Below are positions 51,996 to 64,000 of a stretch of 64,000 bases of DNA, piece by piece. Location of the stretch: contig NC_086097.1 in NCBI RefSeq assembly GCF_963921235.1, positions 71,798,001 through 71,862,000 of the forward strand. Reading direction: 5' to 3'. The number at the start of each line of letters is the position of its first letter. Position 1 is the stretch's first letter. The position numbers were made by a program, and so were the translations under genes. This stretch comes from Mobula hypostoma (Eukaryota). The notes beneath the pieces were generated by a model. It was not told the origin of the DNA. It was given only the letters and a program-made list of their open reading frames with translations, and did no database searches.

Positions 51996-52167
51996 AGTGT
52001 GTGAGGGTGGGACTGTGTGTGTGTGAGTGTGTGTGAGTGGGACTGTGTGTGTGTGTGAGTGTGTGAGGGTGGGACTGTGTGTGTGTGAGTGTGTGTGAGT
52101 GGGACTGTGTGTGTGTGTGAGTGTGTGAGGGTGGGACTGTGTGTGTGTGAGTGTGTGTGAGTGGGAC

Positions 52168-52198
<31 letters not shown>

Positions 52199-52203
52199 GT
52201 GGG

Positions 52204-52243
<40 letters not shown>

Positions 52244-52323
52244 AGTGTGTGAGGGTGGGACTGTGTGTGTGTGTGTGTGAGTGTGTGAGGGTGGGACTGT
52301 GTGTGTGTGTGTGTGTGTGTGTG
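51279..52323. repeat. Complex (TG)n satellite with interspersed GTGGGACT / CAGTGTATGTGA motifs
   Basis: Direct reading; ~1.05 kb. Confidence 0.95.
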
Positions 52324-52577
52324 ATGTTCATGTCCTAATGACAGCGAATGCTATGACATGGACCAGGAGGAACTTTGGTTTAGTGATTCTAGCGATTGAG
52401 GTATTGTGGTGCTGCATGGAAAGGGTTAAAGTGATCACAAGGGTGACTGTAGATTTACTGGGAGTGGTTTGGAAACAACTGAGTGTGGGTTGGAGATTGT
52501 GAAGGAGGTGGGGGCGGGCTTAGGTGGGAGTTCGAGATCAATATGGAGATAGGGGTGTCAGTAATGGCGAGTCGTTA

Positions 52578-53770
52578 TCAGAATCAGGTTTAACATCCCT
52601 GGCATATGTCGTGAAATTTGTTAACTTTGCGGCAGCAGTACAATGCAATACATGATAAATAAACAGAAAAAACTGAATTACGGTAAATATACTGAATATG
52701 CGTATATTAAATAGCTAAATTAAGATAAGTAGTACAAAAAAGAGAGAAATAAAAAAAATGTAATGAGGTAGTGTTCATGAGTTCAATGTTCAGAGGGGAA
52801 GAAGCTGTTCTTGAATCACTGAGTGTGTGCCTTCAAGTTTGTACATCTCCTTCCTGATGGTAACAATGAGAAGAGGGCATATCCTGGGTGGTGGGGGTCC
52901 TTGATGATGGAAGTTGCTTTTCTGAGGCACCACTCTTTGAAAATGTCTGGACACTATGGAGGCTAGTACCCATGATGGAGCTGACTAAATTTACAACTCT
53001 CCGCAGCTCACCACAATCCCGTGCAGTAGCACCCCACTGCATTATCAGACGGTGATGCAGGCAGTCAGAATGCTTGTTGGTACAGTTGTAGAGGTTTTCG
53101 CTGTTTTAGGTGACAAACCAAATCTCCTCAAACTCCTGATGAAATATCGCCACCGTCTTGCCTTCTTTATAGCTGCGTCGATATGTTGGGACTAGGTTAA
53201 ATCCTCAGAGAAATTGAAAGCCAGGAATTTGGAATTGCTTACTCTCCGTTTCAAATCCCTCTATGAGGATTGCTTTGTGTTCCCTCGCCTTAGCCTTTCT
53301 GAAGTCCACAATCAGCTCTTTGGTGTTCCTGACACTAAGTGCAAGATTGTTTTTGTGACATCACTTATCTTGCTCTTGTACGCCCTCTCATCACCATCTG
53401 AGATTCTGCCAACAATGGTTGTATCATCAGCAAATTTATAGCTGGTACTTGAGTCATGCCTAGCCGCACAATCATGAGTATAGAGAGAGCTGAGCAGGTG
53501 GCTAAGTTCATAACCCTGAGGTGTGCCCGTGTTGATTATCAACAAAGTGGAGAAGTCATAACCAATCCGTACAGATTGTGATCTTCTGGTTAGGAAGTCA
53601 AGGATCCAGTTGCTGAGGGAGGTACAGAGGCTCAGGTTCTGCAGCTCTTCGATCAGGACAGTAGGAATAATAGTGTTAAGTGTGAGCTATAGACAATGAA
53701 TAGCATCCTGATGTAAGTATTATTTGAATATAGTTGAGGTTGGCTCTGGAGAGAACACGTTTGCATCTGC
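52578..53770 (-). mobile_element. Rex1/Babar-like LINE fragment
   Basis: [26 protein letters not shown] (53312-53545); CCTGATTCTGA tail at ~52578. Confidence 0.85.
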
Positions 53771-54028
53771 TGGTACTCCCTATGTCATGACATGGTTCTG
53801 CTCCCAAGAACCATTTGTAAGGTGGAAGTGAACAGAAACGGTGTGCGGGGCAGGACCACAGAAACCGCTGTGATGGGAGAGTGTGCGGGTGTGGGAAGAG
53901 CAACATCAGCTAGTTCAGTGATTCAGAGTGAAGAAGTGGTCTGCTCAGCACTCAGCTCAACCTAAACCCTGAGTGTTGCAGCTCTGGAACAGGAATAGAG
54001 TAGGTTGGGGAGAGAAGGCATACTTACA

Positions 54029-56017
54029 TGTCCTGTTCCAACCTGCCACAATATGTGCTGGCAATATCAGAACCCAAGAGCAGAGTAAAGACAGACTCTG
54101 ATGCGGAGCCGACATTGAGAGTTTTACTCATAATAATTCCTGAAGAATATCAGCGGCTTAACTGAGCAACACTGTGAGAAGTAACATTCTCAAAACTAGG
54201 ACCTGAGATGAGTGCTAATCAGGCATCTGCTTAAATAGTACCAGTGACACGGAATCCCTGAACCTATCAAAATAAACTTAGCAAGCTGAAGCAGAAGGCA
54301 CCAGGAGACCACATTACAAAGGGGGAATCACTCAAGAAAAAAACAAGGAATTCTAAACAATTAATGACTGTTGTTAAACAACAATGAACCAAATCAGGTG
54401 CTCTAAAAACATCGGAGCCCAACACTCTCTGTCGTCCAGCACAGGCCCAAAGAACACATTACAGGACCTCCCCCACTCCCCTATGGTGAGTATCGGACTT
54501 CCTACTTGAGATCCAAGGATGACTTGGGAGACCTGGGGAACTCACGAAGGAGACATGGAGAACTCACGAAGGAGACCTGAGGAACTCGAAAAGGAGGCAT
54601 GGAGAACTCACGAAGGAGACATGGGGAACTCACGAAGGAGACCTGAGGAACTCGAAAAGGAGGCATGGAGAACTCGAGAGGCAGGGAGACCAGGGAACCC
54701 CAAGACTGAGAGACCAGGGAATCTCAAGGGGAACTTTGAACAAGACCAGGGAAACTTGAGGGGAAACTCGAGTGAGATCAGGGAACCTTGAATGGGACCC
54801 CAAGAGGGAGGCTTAGGAGTCTTTGAGATTGGGAGAACATTGAGAAAACACTGGAAACGTTGAAAAATCCATGGGAAATCTAGAGGACCACAGGAAATCT
54901 TGAGAACCTTGCCAACCTTGAGAACCTCGAGCATATAGGCCAGGATGCTTAGACTTAGAAAAAGCCTTGCGACCCAGAAACTTCAGTCTGTGAAAACATG
55001 AAACTTAAAGCCTAGGGAAGCATCTTGCACACATTTTTCCAGAGGCAATTAGGATACAGAAGGCCGTACTCACAATTGGAGACAGCATAGACAGGCTGAG
55101 CTAACTGGTTCTCTGTAGACCTGTTTCATCTGTTACATTGAAAACTCATTTTTTTTCTGACTAGACCATGACTTTCATCAAGAGGTTAAATATAGGTTAG
55201 CTTACTCTTGACAGGGATACTTTACTTGTGTGTTTGCACAATCCACCAGGGATCAAATTTTGGAGCAGGGCTGTTCCAGAATTTACACTGGTGACTTGAA
55301 TGCGGATTTGTTGAATCCGACAGACTTTATTGATAAGCTTACTTGAAGTGCTCAATTGTTACGCAGACCTGAGTCACAGGACCCCGAAGCTGAGCCCGGG
55401 TATTTGCAACTTGAAAAGCTCGGAACGGAGACCGGAGAAACTCAGAAGGTAGTCTAGTGAAGGTCAGAACGTACACTCAGAACATAGACTTAGGACACTC
55501 AGAATGGAGTCTCAGGACATGCACTATAGAAGACACCCTCGCCTCCAGCCACTAGTGTCAAAAGTCCGCTTTTCAACCTCTACTGGGTCCATTACTTGTC
55601 AGGGTCCTTCCGTCACAATGTGTGCTAGCAATATCAGAACCCAAGTGGAGAGAAAAGACAGACTCTTATGTAGAGACAGTGACAAGAGTTTATTCATAAT
55701 AATTCCAAAAGAACATCAGTGGCTTGGCTGAGCAACATTGCGAGAAGTAGGATTCTCAAAACTAACCCTGCGACTAGCGCAAATCGGGTATCTCCTTAAA
55801 TAATACAAGTAACACAGAATCTCTGAGCCCATCAAAATAAACTCAACAAGCTTAAGCAGAAAGCACCTGGAGACCGGATTACAAAGAGCAAGTTGCTGGA
55901 GAAAAAACACAAGGAACTCTAAACAATTAATGGCTGTCGATAAACAACAATTAACCAATTCAGACATTCTAAAAACCTCGGAGCCCAATGCCCTGCACAG
56001 GCCTGAGGAACATTACA
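54029..56017 (-). mobile_element. Small non-autonomous two-LTR element (TRIM-like)
   Basis: Diverged direct repeats at 54029-54463 and 55597-56017 with TG..CA ends; G-rich PPT on minus at 54464-54481; ATGGACCCAG (MDP) just inside the 5' LTR; no pol. TSD not evident. Confidence 0.75.
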
Positions 56018-56819
56018 CAACCCGGAAGAAGATTGCTGCAGCTCTGCAGCAGTCCCTAAGTCCATGCCAATCTCTCCCGCTCCTCTCCAAAATGCTCATT
56101 CATAGGTACAGGCCATCTATAAGTCAGGCTGAGGAGTGACCTGGGAAGGATCTGTCCTGATTTAATTCAGAATTGAGCTAAAGTCTTGGGCAACAAACAG
56201 ACAAAGAGAATGCTAATAGATACAAGTCGATGCCCGTGCACTGCCAGTAGGTCATATCCTCTGTGGGATACAGGTTAGAATGCTGATCTTAAAATGAATT
56301 TGGAAAAGATATGAAACAATGTGAGGATAGCACTGATATTAAGAGGTAATATAAAATGAGCAATGGGAGCTCAACAGCCTGCAATGATTCATGAATTCCT
56401 CATTAAAGTCAATGACACAAATATTGGCAAGATGTCAACTGACTTCTGTTCGGCTCTTGCCATTTTGCACTACATTCTAACCTTGAGGATAGCTGCCACA
56501 TCTGGTTGCTCATTACTTTGAAGAGTTCATACCTACAAAAGAAACATAGAAACATAGAAAGTCTACAGCACAATACAGGCTCTATGGCCCACAAAGCTGT
56601 GCCAAGCATGTCCTTACTTTAGAAATTACTTAAGGTTACCCATAGTCCTTTATTTTTCTAAGCTCCATGTCCCAAGAGTTCATACTTCTACCTACAAAAA
56701 CCCTATCACTGGTTAGTAGATACACTCACATGTGCAATGCATCAGCTTCCTCCACAAATTCAAAAACAAACAACTTTCCTTTGTATTTTCTTAATTTGAA
56801 AACAGAAAATGAGAACACT

Positions 56820-58440
56820 AATAATAAGTGTGTAGAGTTACTATTAAAAGGAAGAAGGTGCTTAAAAAGCTGAAAGACCGAAAGGTATATAAGTCATCTG
56901 GACCAGATGAACTGCACCCTAGGGCTCTGAAAAAGGTAGTAGTAGAGATTGTGGAGGCATTAGTAATGATCTTTCAAAAAAATCATTGGACTCTGGCAAG
57001 GTGCCAGAGCACTGGAAAATTGCAAATGTCACTCTACTCTTTAAGAAAGGAGGAAGGCAGCAGGAGGGAAATTATAGACCAGTTAGCCTGACCTCAGTGG
57101 TTGGGAGGATGTTGGAATCAATTCTCAAGGATGAGGTTGTGGAGTACATGGTGACACAGGACAAAGTCAGCATGGTTTCTTAAAGGGAAAACCTTGACTG
57201 ACGAACCTGTTAGAATTCTTTGAGGAGATTACACGTAGGATGGATAAGGGGGCTGCAGTGGATGTTGTATATTTGGACTTTCAGAAAGCCTGTGACAAGG
57301 TGCCACACATAAGGCTGCTTACCAAGTTAAGGGTCCATGGCATTACTGGAAATTACTGGCATGGTTAAAACATTAGCTGATTAGCAGGAGACAGCGTGTG
57401 GAAATAAAAGGATCCTTTTCCGGTAGGCTGTCAGTGACTAGTGGTGTTCCAGAGCAGTCGGTGCTCCTTTTGATGCTGTATATCAATGATTTAGATGATG
57501 GATTAGATGACTTTGTTGCCAAGTTTGCAGAAGATACGAAAATTGATGGAGCGACAGGTAGTGGTGAGAAAACAAATAGGCTGCAAAAGGACTTAGACAG
57601 ATTAGGAGAATGGGCAAGAGAGTGGCAAATGAAATACATGTTGGAAAATGCATGGTCATGCTCTTTGGTAGTAGAAATAAATGTGCAGACTATTTTCTAA
57701 ATGGGGAGAAAATCCAAAAAAATTGTGATGCAAAAGGACTTGGGAGTCCTTGTGCAGAACATCCTAAAGGTTAACTTGCAGGTAGACTCGATGATGAAGA
57801 AGGCAAATGCAATGTTAGCATTCATTTCAAGAGCTCTAGGATACAAGAGCAGAGATATGATGCTGAGGCTTTATAAGGCACTGGTGAGGCTTCACCTTGA
57901 GTATTGTGAACAGTTTTGGGCTCCTCATCTAAGGAAAGATGTGCTGGCATTGGAGACAGTGCAGAGGAGATTCACAAGGATGATTCCAGGAATGAAAGGG
58001 TTGTCATACGAGGAACGTTTGATGTCTCTGAGGCTGTACTCGCTGGAAGTTGGAAGGATGAGGGGGGATCTCATGGAAACCTTTTGAACATTGAAAGGCC
58101 TAGACAGAGTAGATGTGGAAAGGATGTTTCCCCTGGTGGGGGAGTCTATGATAAGAGGGCACAGCCTCAGAATAGAGGGGTGTCCATTTAAAACAAAGAA
58201 GCAGAGAAATTTCTTTAGCCGGGGGTGGTGTATTTGTGGAATTTATTACCACAGGCAGCTGTGAAGGCACGATCATTGGTTGCATTTAAGGTAGAGATTG
58301 ATAGGTTCCTGATTGGTTATGGAAAGAAGGCTGGGCAGTGTGGCTGAGGACGACAAAATAGGATCAGTCAAGATTGAATGGCGGAGTAGACACGATGGGC
58401 CAAATGGCCTAATTCTGCTCCTATGTCTTATAGTCTTATA
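56820..58440 (+). mobile_element. CR1 LINE RT region, decayed
   Basis: KSSGPDELHPR, WKIANVT..KKG..NYRPVSLTS, SGVP, FAEDTK, LVRLHLEYC.QFW; (TCTTATG)-like tail. Confidence 0.9.
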
Positions 58441-59492
58441 ACAATATTAATTATGAATGCCCCAATAAATTTTCTCCTGGAGTCGCTTGCAGAAGTGTCA
58501 TGTTAATTTCCAGAAACGCTAAGAATTTCTCAAAGATTGGTAAATGAAAATTTATTTTTAAAAATATATCAAGGCTGGAAATCAGAAATTAAGAGATTGG
58601 CTTATATCCTCCAAGTATGATTGATCGTTTTTCTAATATCTAGTTTTATTTCCACTGACCTGCCTGACCTGGAAAACATTTCATAAGGACCTTAATGAGA
58701 ACAGTAATATACTTTCAAATGGAGAGTTGAGCTACTACTGATACACACCCCAAAATAGAATTTTGCTGAAGCTGTTTATTCTTGCTAGTTCAAAGTTCAA
58801 AGTTCAAAACAAATTTATTATCAAAGTATGTACTGTATATGTCACAAAACTACCCTGGTGATGTGGGACCTAAGGCTCCTGTACCTCCTTCTATCTCTGC
58901 TTATCTGAAGGAATATTATGATTCTTCAGTGGTCAATATTGCTTTCTTCAAAAAGAATACACTTGCATAGTTGATGGAGCCCCTTGTGCTTCAAACCGCG
59001 CAGAATAATGAATCTCGGAATAAGAGTCGTATGCTGTATGTATAAAGTACCAGCAATCTTCTCACACAACAAGCAGCAAACTACAAACTTAGCAGCTCTT
59101 GGAGTTACTTGCATAACTGATCCATGCAACCTTAAAATGCTGAAATTCAAATTATGGTTATAAATAAACTAATGTACCATTAATGGAATAAAATAAAATT
59201 TACATTCAACTTTGATTAAATTTTATCATTGATTGTCTCCTGCAACAGATGCTCAGAGGGGCAAAAATAAACAGAATAATAGGTATCAGAATTGAAACTA
59301 ACTTGAAAGTTACAACAGCATAACTACTTTCCACTGCAGCAATTAAGATTAATCACAAGGTCTATAATTTTGATGCTGACTGATAAGTTTTGTCAAAGTA
59401 TGTTTAAACTGGACTGTGGACCCCAACTCTGATCCACTACTGGATCTGTCATTAAGTCAAAAACTCCAGATGCTCTGAATCTGAAGCAAAAA

Positions 59493-59601
59493 TAGCTGGC
59501 ACCAGGGCAAGAATGGATTCTCAATATTCCTGGATTGCGTGCTTTAAAAGGGATAGAGAGGGGGAGAAATGGGGAGGGTGTGGCATTACTGGTCAGGGAT
59601 A
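59493..59601 (+). mobile_element. CR1 endonuclease fragment (5' part of the copy continuing at 63707 on minus)
   Basis: LAPGQEWILNIPG..FKRDRE..GVALLVRD, ending GGATA. Confidence 0.75.
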
Positions 59602-60011
59602 GAACATAGAACATAGAATAGTACAGCACAGTACAGGCCCTTCGGCCCACAATGTTGTGCCGACCCTCAAACCCTGTCTCCCATATAACCCCCACCTTAA
59701 ATTCCTCCATACACCTGTCTTGTAGTCTCTTAAATTTCACTAGTGTATCTGCCTCCACCACTGACTCAGGCAGTGCATTCCACGCACCAACCACTCCTGA
59801 GTAAAAAAACTTCCTCTAATATCCCCCTTGAACTTCCCACCATACCTTACCTTAAAGCCATGTTCTCTTGTATTGAGCAGTGGTGCCCTCGGGAAGAGGC
59901 GCTGGCTATCCACTCTATCTATTCCTCTTAATATCTTGTATACCTCTATCATGTCTCCTCTCATCCACCTTCCCTCCAAAGAGTAAAGCCCTAGCTCCAT
60001 TGATCATAATC

Positions 60012-60655
60012 TTAAAGAGAAGATGGCGACGCGACACAGCGTGCAGCGGCCACTCTGGAATGAATATCTGTTATTTGTCAAGTAGGATGCCGTGCACAAT
60101 CCTGATTTCATGGAGATGGATGTGAAAGCATGGAGGAACATCTGGTGAAACTTCTGAAATGCCTATTTCACTGCCGCTGCTACTGTGCGATCCAGAGTCT
60201 CCAGAAGGGAAGGCCCTGAATCCTCGGCTTTGCCTTATGTTTGGCGGCCAGGGCCAGAGTCAAAGTGCTCAGCAGAGATGGTGCTCAGTGTTGGAGGGTT
60301 GGTCGGAGGCTCAAAGTTTTCGGATGGACTCAGAGTCGACTGTGGTCGGATGCTGCATCGGCAAGTTTGCAGCGCTGGAGGTTCATGGCAGGGAGAGTTT
60401 TTCTTCCTTTTATCGTCTGCGTGAGATGATGGGGCCATCAGGACTTTGAGACTTTTTTTTACCTTGCCCATGGTCTGCTCTTCATCAAATTACGGTATTG
60501 CTTCGCACTGTTGTAACTATAAGTTACAATTATGTGGTTTTTGTCAGTTTTAGTCTTGGTCTGTCTTGTGTTTCTGTGATATCATATTGGAGGAACATTG
60601 TATCATTTCTTAATGCATGAATTACTAAACGTCAATAAACAAGGACTGAGTGTCC
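60012..60655 (+). mobile_element. Short non-autonomous retroposon inserted in CR1
   Basis: Starts near AAGATGGCG, has AATAAA near the 3' end, flanked by TCATAATC (60004-60011, 60656-60663). The empty site is seen in the paralogous CR1 at ~63950-63990. Confidence 0.7.
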
Positions 60656-62796
60656 TCATAATCTAATACTCTCTAAACCAGGCAGCATCCTGGTAAATCT
60701 CCTCTGTACCCTTTCCAATGCTTCCACATCCTTCCTATAGTGAGGCGACCAGAACTGGACACAGTACTCCAAGCGTGGCCTAACCAGAGTTTTATAGAGC
60801 TGCATCATTACCTCGCAACTCTTAAACTCTATCCCTCGACTCATGAAAGCTAACGGCCCATAAGCTTTCTTAACTACCCTATCTACCTGTGAGGCAACTT
60901 TCAGGGACCTGTGTACATGTACCCCCAGATCCCTCTGCTCCTCCACATTACCAAGTATCCTGCCATTTACTTTGTACTCTGCCTTGGAGTTTGTCCTTCC
61001 AAAGTGTACCACCTCACACTTCTGCAGGTTGAATTCCATCTGCCACTTCTCAGCCCACTTCTGCATCCTATCAATGTCTCTCTGCAATCTTCGACAATCC
61101 TCTACACTATTTACAACACCACCAAGCTTTGAGTCATCTGCAAACTTGCCAACCCACCCTTCTACTCCAACATCCAGGTCGTTAATAAAAATCATGAAAA
61201 GTAGAGGTCCCAGTACCAATCCGTGTGAGATACCCCTAGTCACAACTGTCGGATTCAAATGTACTCCCTCCACCATTTTCCTTCTGCAGGCAAGCCAATT
61301 CTGAATCCACCTGGCCAAACTTCCCTGGATCCCATGCCTTCTGAATTTCTGAATAAGCCTACCATGTGGAACCTTGTCAAATGCCTTACTAAAATCCATA
61401 TAGATCACATCCACTGCACTATCCTCATCTACATGCCTGGTCACCTCCTCAAAGAACTCTATCAGGCTTGTTAGACACGATCTGCCCTTCACAAAGCCAT
61501 GCTGACTGTCCCTGATCAGACCATGATTCGCTAAATGCCCAGAGATCCTATCTCTAAGAATCTTTTCCAACAGCTTTCCCACCACAGACGTAAGGCTCAC
61601 TGGTCTATACTTACCCGGACTATCCCTACTACCTTTTTTGAACAGGGGACAACATTCGCCTCCCTCCAATCCTCCGGTACCATTCCCGTGGACAATGAGG
61701 ACATTAAGATCCTAGCCAGAGGCTCAGCAATCTCCTCCCTTGCCCCATGGAGCAGCCTGAGGAATATTCCTTCAGGCCCCGGGGACTTATCCGTCCTAAT
61801 GTATTTTAACAACTCCAACACCTCCTCTCCCTTAATATCAACATACTCCAGAACATCAACCTCACTCATATTGTCCTCACCATCATCAAATTCCCTCTCA
61901 TTGGTGAATACCGAATAGAAGTATTCATTGAGGACCTCGCTCACTTCCACAGCCTCCAGGCACATCTTCCCACCTTTATCTCTAATCGGTCCTACCTTCA
62001 CTCCTGTCATCCTTTTGTTCTTCACATAATTGAAGAATGCCTTGGGGTTTTCCTTTACCCTACTTGCCAAGGCCTTCTCATGCCCCCTTCTTGATCTTCT
62101 CAGCCCCTTCTTAAGCTCCTTTCTTGCTTCCCTATATTCCTCAATAGACCCATCTGATCCTTGCTTCATAAACTTCATGTAAGCTGCCTTCTTCCACCTG
62201 ATTAGATTTTCCACCTCACTTGTCACCATGGTTCCTTTACCCCACCATTCTTTATCTTCCTCACCAGGATAAATTTATCCCTAACACCCTGCAAGAGATC
62301 TCTAAACATCGACCACATGTCCATGGTACATTTCCCTGCAAAAGCATCATCCCAATTCACACCCGCAAGTTCTAGCCTTATAGTCTCATAATCTGCCCTT
62401 CCCCAATTAAAAATTTTCCTGTCCTCTCTGATTCTATCCTTTTCCATGACAATGCTAAAGGCCAGGGAGCGGTGGTCACTGTTCCCCAGATGCTCACCCA
62501 CTGAGAGATCTGTGATCTGACCCGTTTTGTTACCTAATACTAGATCTAGTATGGCATTCCCCCTAATAGGCCTGTCAACATATTGTGACAGGAATCCGTC
62601 CTGGACACACTTAACAAACTCTGCCCCGTGTAAACTCTTGGAACTAATCAGGTGCCAATCAATATTAGGGAAGTTAAAGTCACCTATGATAACAACCCTG
62701 TTATTTTTGCACCTTTCCAAAATCTGCCTCCCAATCTGCTCCTTGGTATCTCTGCTGCTACCAAGGAGACTATAGAATACTCCACCCATACTGATT

Positions 62797-63650
62797 TGTG
62801 ACGAGAATACACATAAAATTAAGATGTTTGCTGGCCTGGGCTAGCATCAGTGGCATCAGCAGTTGGTCTGCCACCTGCCCTCAGGGGAAGGAGAGATAAG
62901 GAACAATGGAGCAGCGTCTGGAGATGTGTAATGAAGGGACGTGGGAGAGAGAGCTGTCTGGAGCGGCTCCCCCCTTTGAACCCTGAACTGTCTGAAGTGA
63001 TGGACAGGCGATACCCCAGCAGGGGGATAAAAAGGGACAGGTTCGCTAAGACGGGGACACACGCCACCCGAGGTAACGAGACCCTGGAAGCGGTGCGCCT
63101 CTCACGAGTGGGTGAGAAGTATCAGACAACGACCAGGGTGGAAAGGTACGATCAGCGGGAACCCAGTGTGTGTCCGCCCTTGCCTGGGTACCGGGTTCAC
63201 TGCAGAGGATCGACCGCATCTGGAGGAGGGGTCACAGTCGGTGACCTCAGGTGACATCACCAAGGACCCGCCCAAAAAGTTGCTTGTGAGCAATCTCGCC
63301 GGTCTGTGAGTGAAGCTGTGCTGAATGATCAGTTGTTCCTGTTCTATCTCTCTCTTCCCCCACGTTGTCCATCGCCATGGCAACGATTACTGCGAACTGA
63401 ACTGGACTGAACTTTGAGTCCTTTTGAAATTTGGTCATTTACCCCTAGACAACGATAGAGCTTGATTGATGCTGTTATCTTAATTCTGTGCACATGTGTG
63501 GTTATCATTGTTGAACTGTTGCATTTATTATCCTTTCGATTACTGTTTTGCTTGTTTCTTTAATAAAACTTTCTTAGTTCTAGTACTCCAGACTCCAACT
63601 GAGTGATCCATTTCTGCTGGTTTGGCAACCCAGTTACGGGGTACGTAACA
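62797..63650 (+). mobile_element. Solo LTR (854 bp)
   Basis: TGTGACG...CGTAACA termini, 4-bp TSD GATT (62793-62796, 63651-63654), GATAAAA TATA-like at ~63026, AATAAA at ~63562. CR1 resumes on both sides. Confidence 0.85.
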
Positions 63651-63707
63651 GATTCAAAAGAGGATCCTGCTACATTACCCACCCTTTCTGTAGCTGTAAT
63701 AGTATCC

Positions 63708-64000
63708 ACAGATCCCTGACAGTTGCCTCACAGGTGGATAGGATAGTTAAGAAAGCTTATGGGCTGTTAGCTTTCATAAGTCGAGGGATAGAGTTTAAGA
63801 GTCGCGAGGTAATGATGCAGCTCTATAAAACTCTGGTTAGGCATAACTTGGAGTACTGTGTCCAGTTCTGGTCGCCTCACTATAGGAAGGATGTGGAAGC
63901 ATTGGAAAGAGTACAGAGCAGATTTACCAGGATGCTGCCTGGTTTAGAGAGTATGGATTATGATCAGAGATTAATAGAGTTAGGGCTTTACTTTTTGGAG
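63708..64000 (+). mobile_element. CR1 3' fragment (runs off the window)
   Basis: Highly similar inverted copy of ~60660-60910. Confidence 0.9.

Larger units (their letters stand above)
59599..63707 (-). mobile_element. CR1 LINE ORF2 (EN+RT) with two insertions
   Basis: GDFNFPNIDW, ILDLVL, NSDH (62223-62789); DKSPGP; YRPVSLTS, DFSKAFDKVPH, FADDSK (60656-61669); (TTCTATG)n tail at 59599-59619. Confidence 0.95.

Noticed and set aside
51389..52502. Cys/Val- and His/Thr-rich ORFs
   Set aside because: Artefacts of the (TG)n satellite.

Overview
Eukaryotic, AT-rich, repeat-dense genomic DNA. It is probably from a cartilaginous fish, inferred only from the repeat landscape (CR1, Rex1/Babar-like LINEs, Penelope-like elements, a tRNA-derived V-SINE/HE1-like SINE). 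No complete host gene can be supported; there are at most two weak candidate exons. Most of the window is nested, decayed retroelements. The standout is a 2.45-kb Ty3/Gypsy LTR element (27586-30037, minus) with both LTRs, a tRNA-Leu PBS, a PPT and a 5-bp TSD. Its decayed polyprotein frame runs gag > CCHC knuckles > aspartic protease. Where RT/RNase H/integrase should follow, it continues in frame into about 100 codons of the N-terminal coiled coil of the host endosomal Rab effector Rabaptin-5 (RABEP1; recognised from memory of the human protein) and a basic tail. Other notable structures: a second Gypsy retaining only RNase H-integrase, with its deletion breakpoint at a PBS mimic; minimal hammerhead ribozymes in Penelope-like terminal repeats; a roughly 4-kb inversion reconstructable from CR1 junctions; solo LTRs (one with a 33-bp minisatellite, two nested); a mariner-type MITE; and a 1-kb complex (TG)n satellite. 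Boundaries of decayed LINE fragments are approximate. All identities are by-eye counts.
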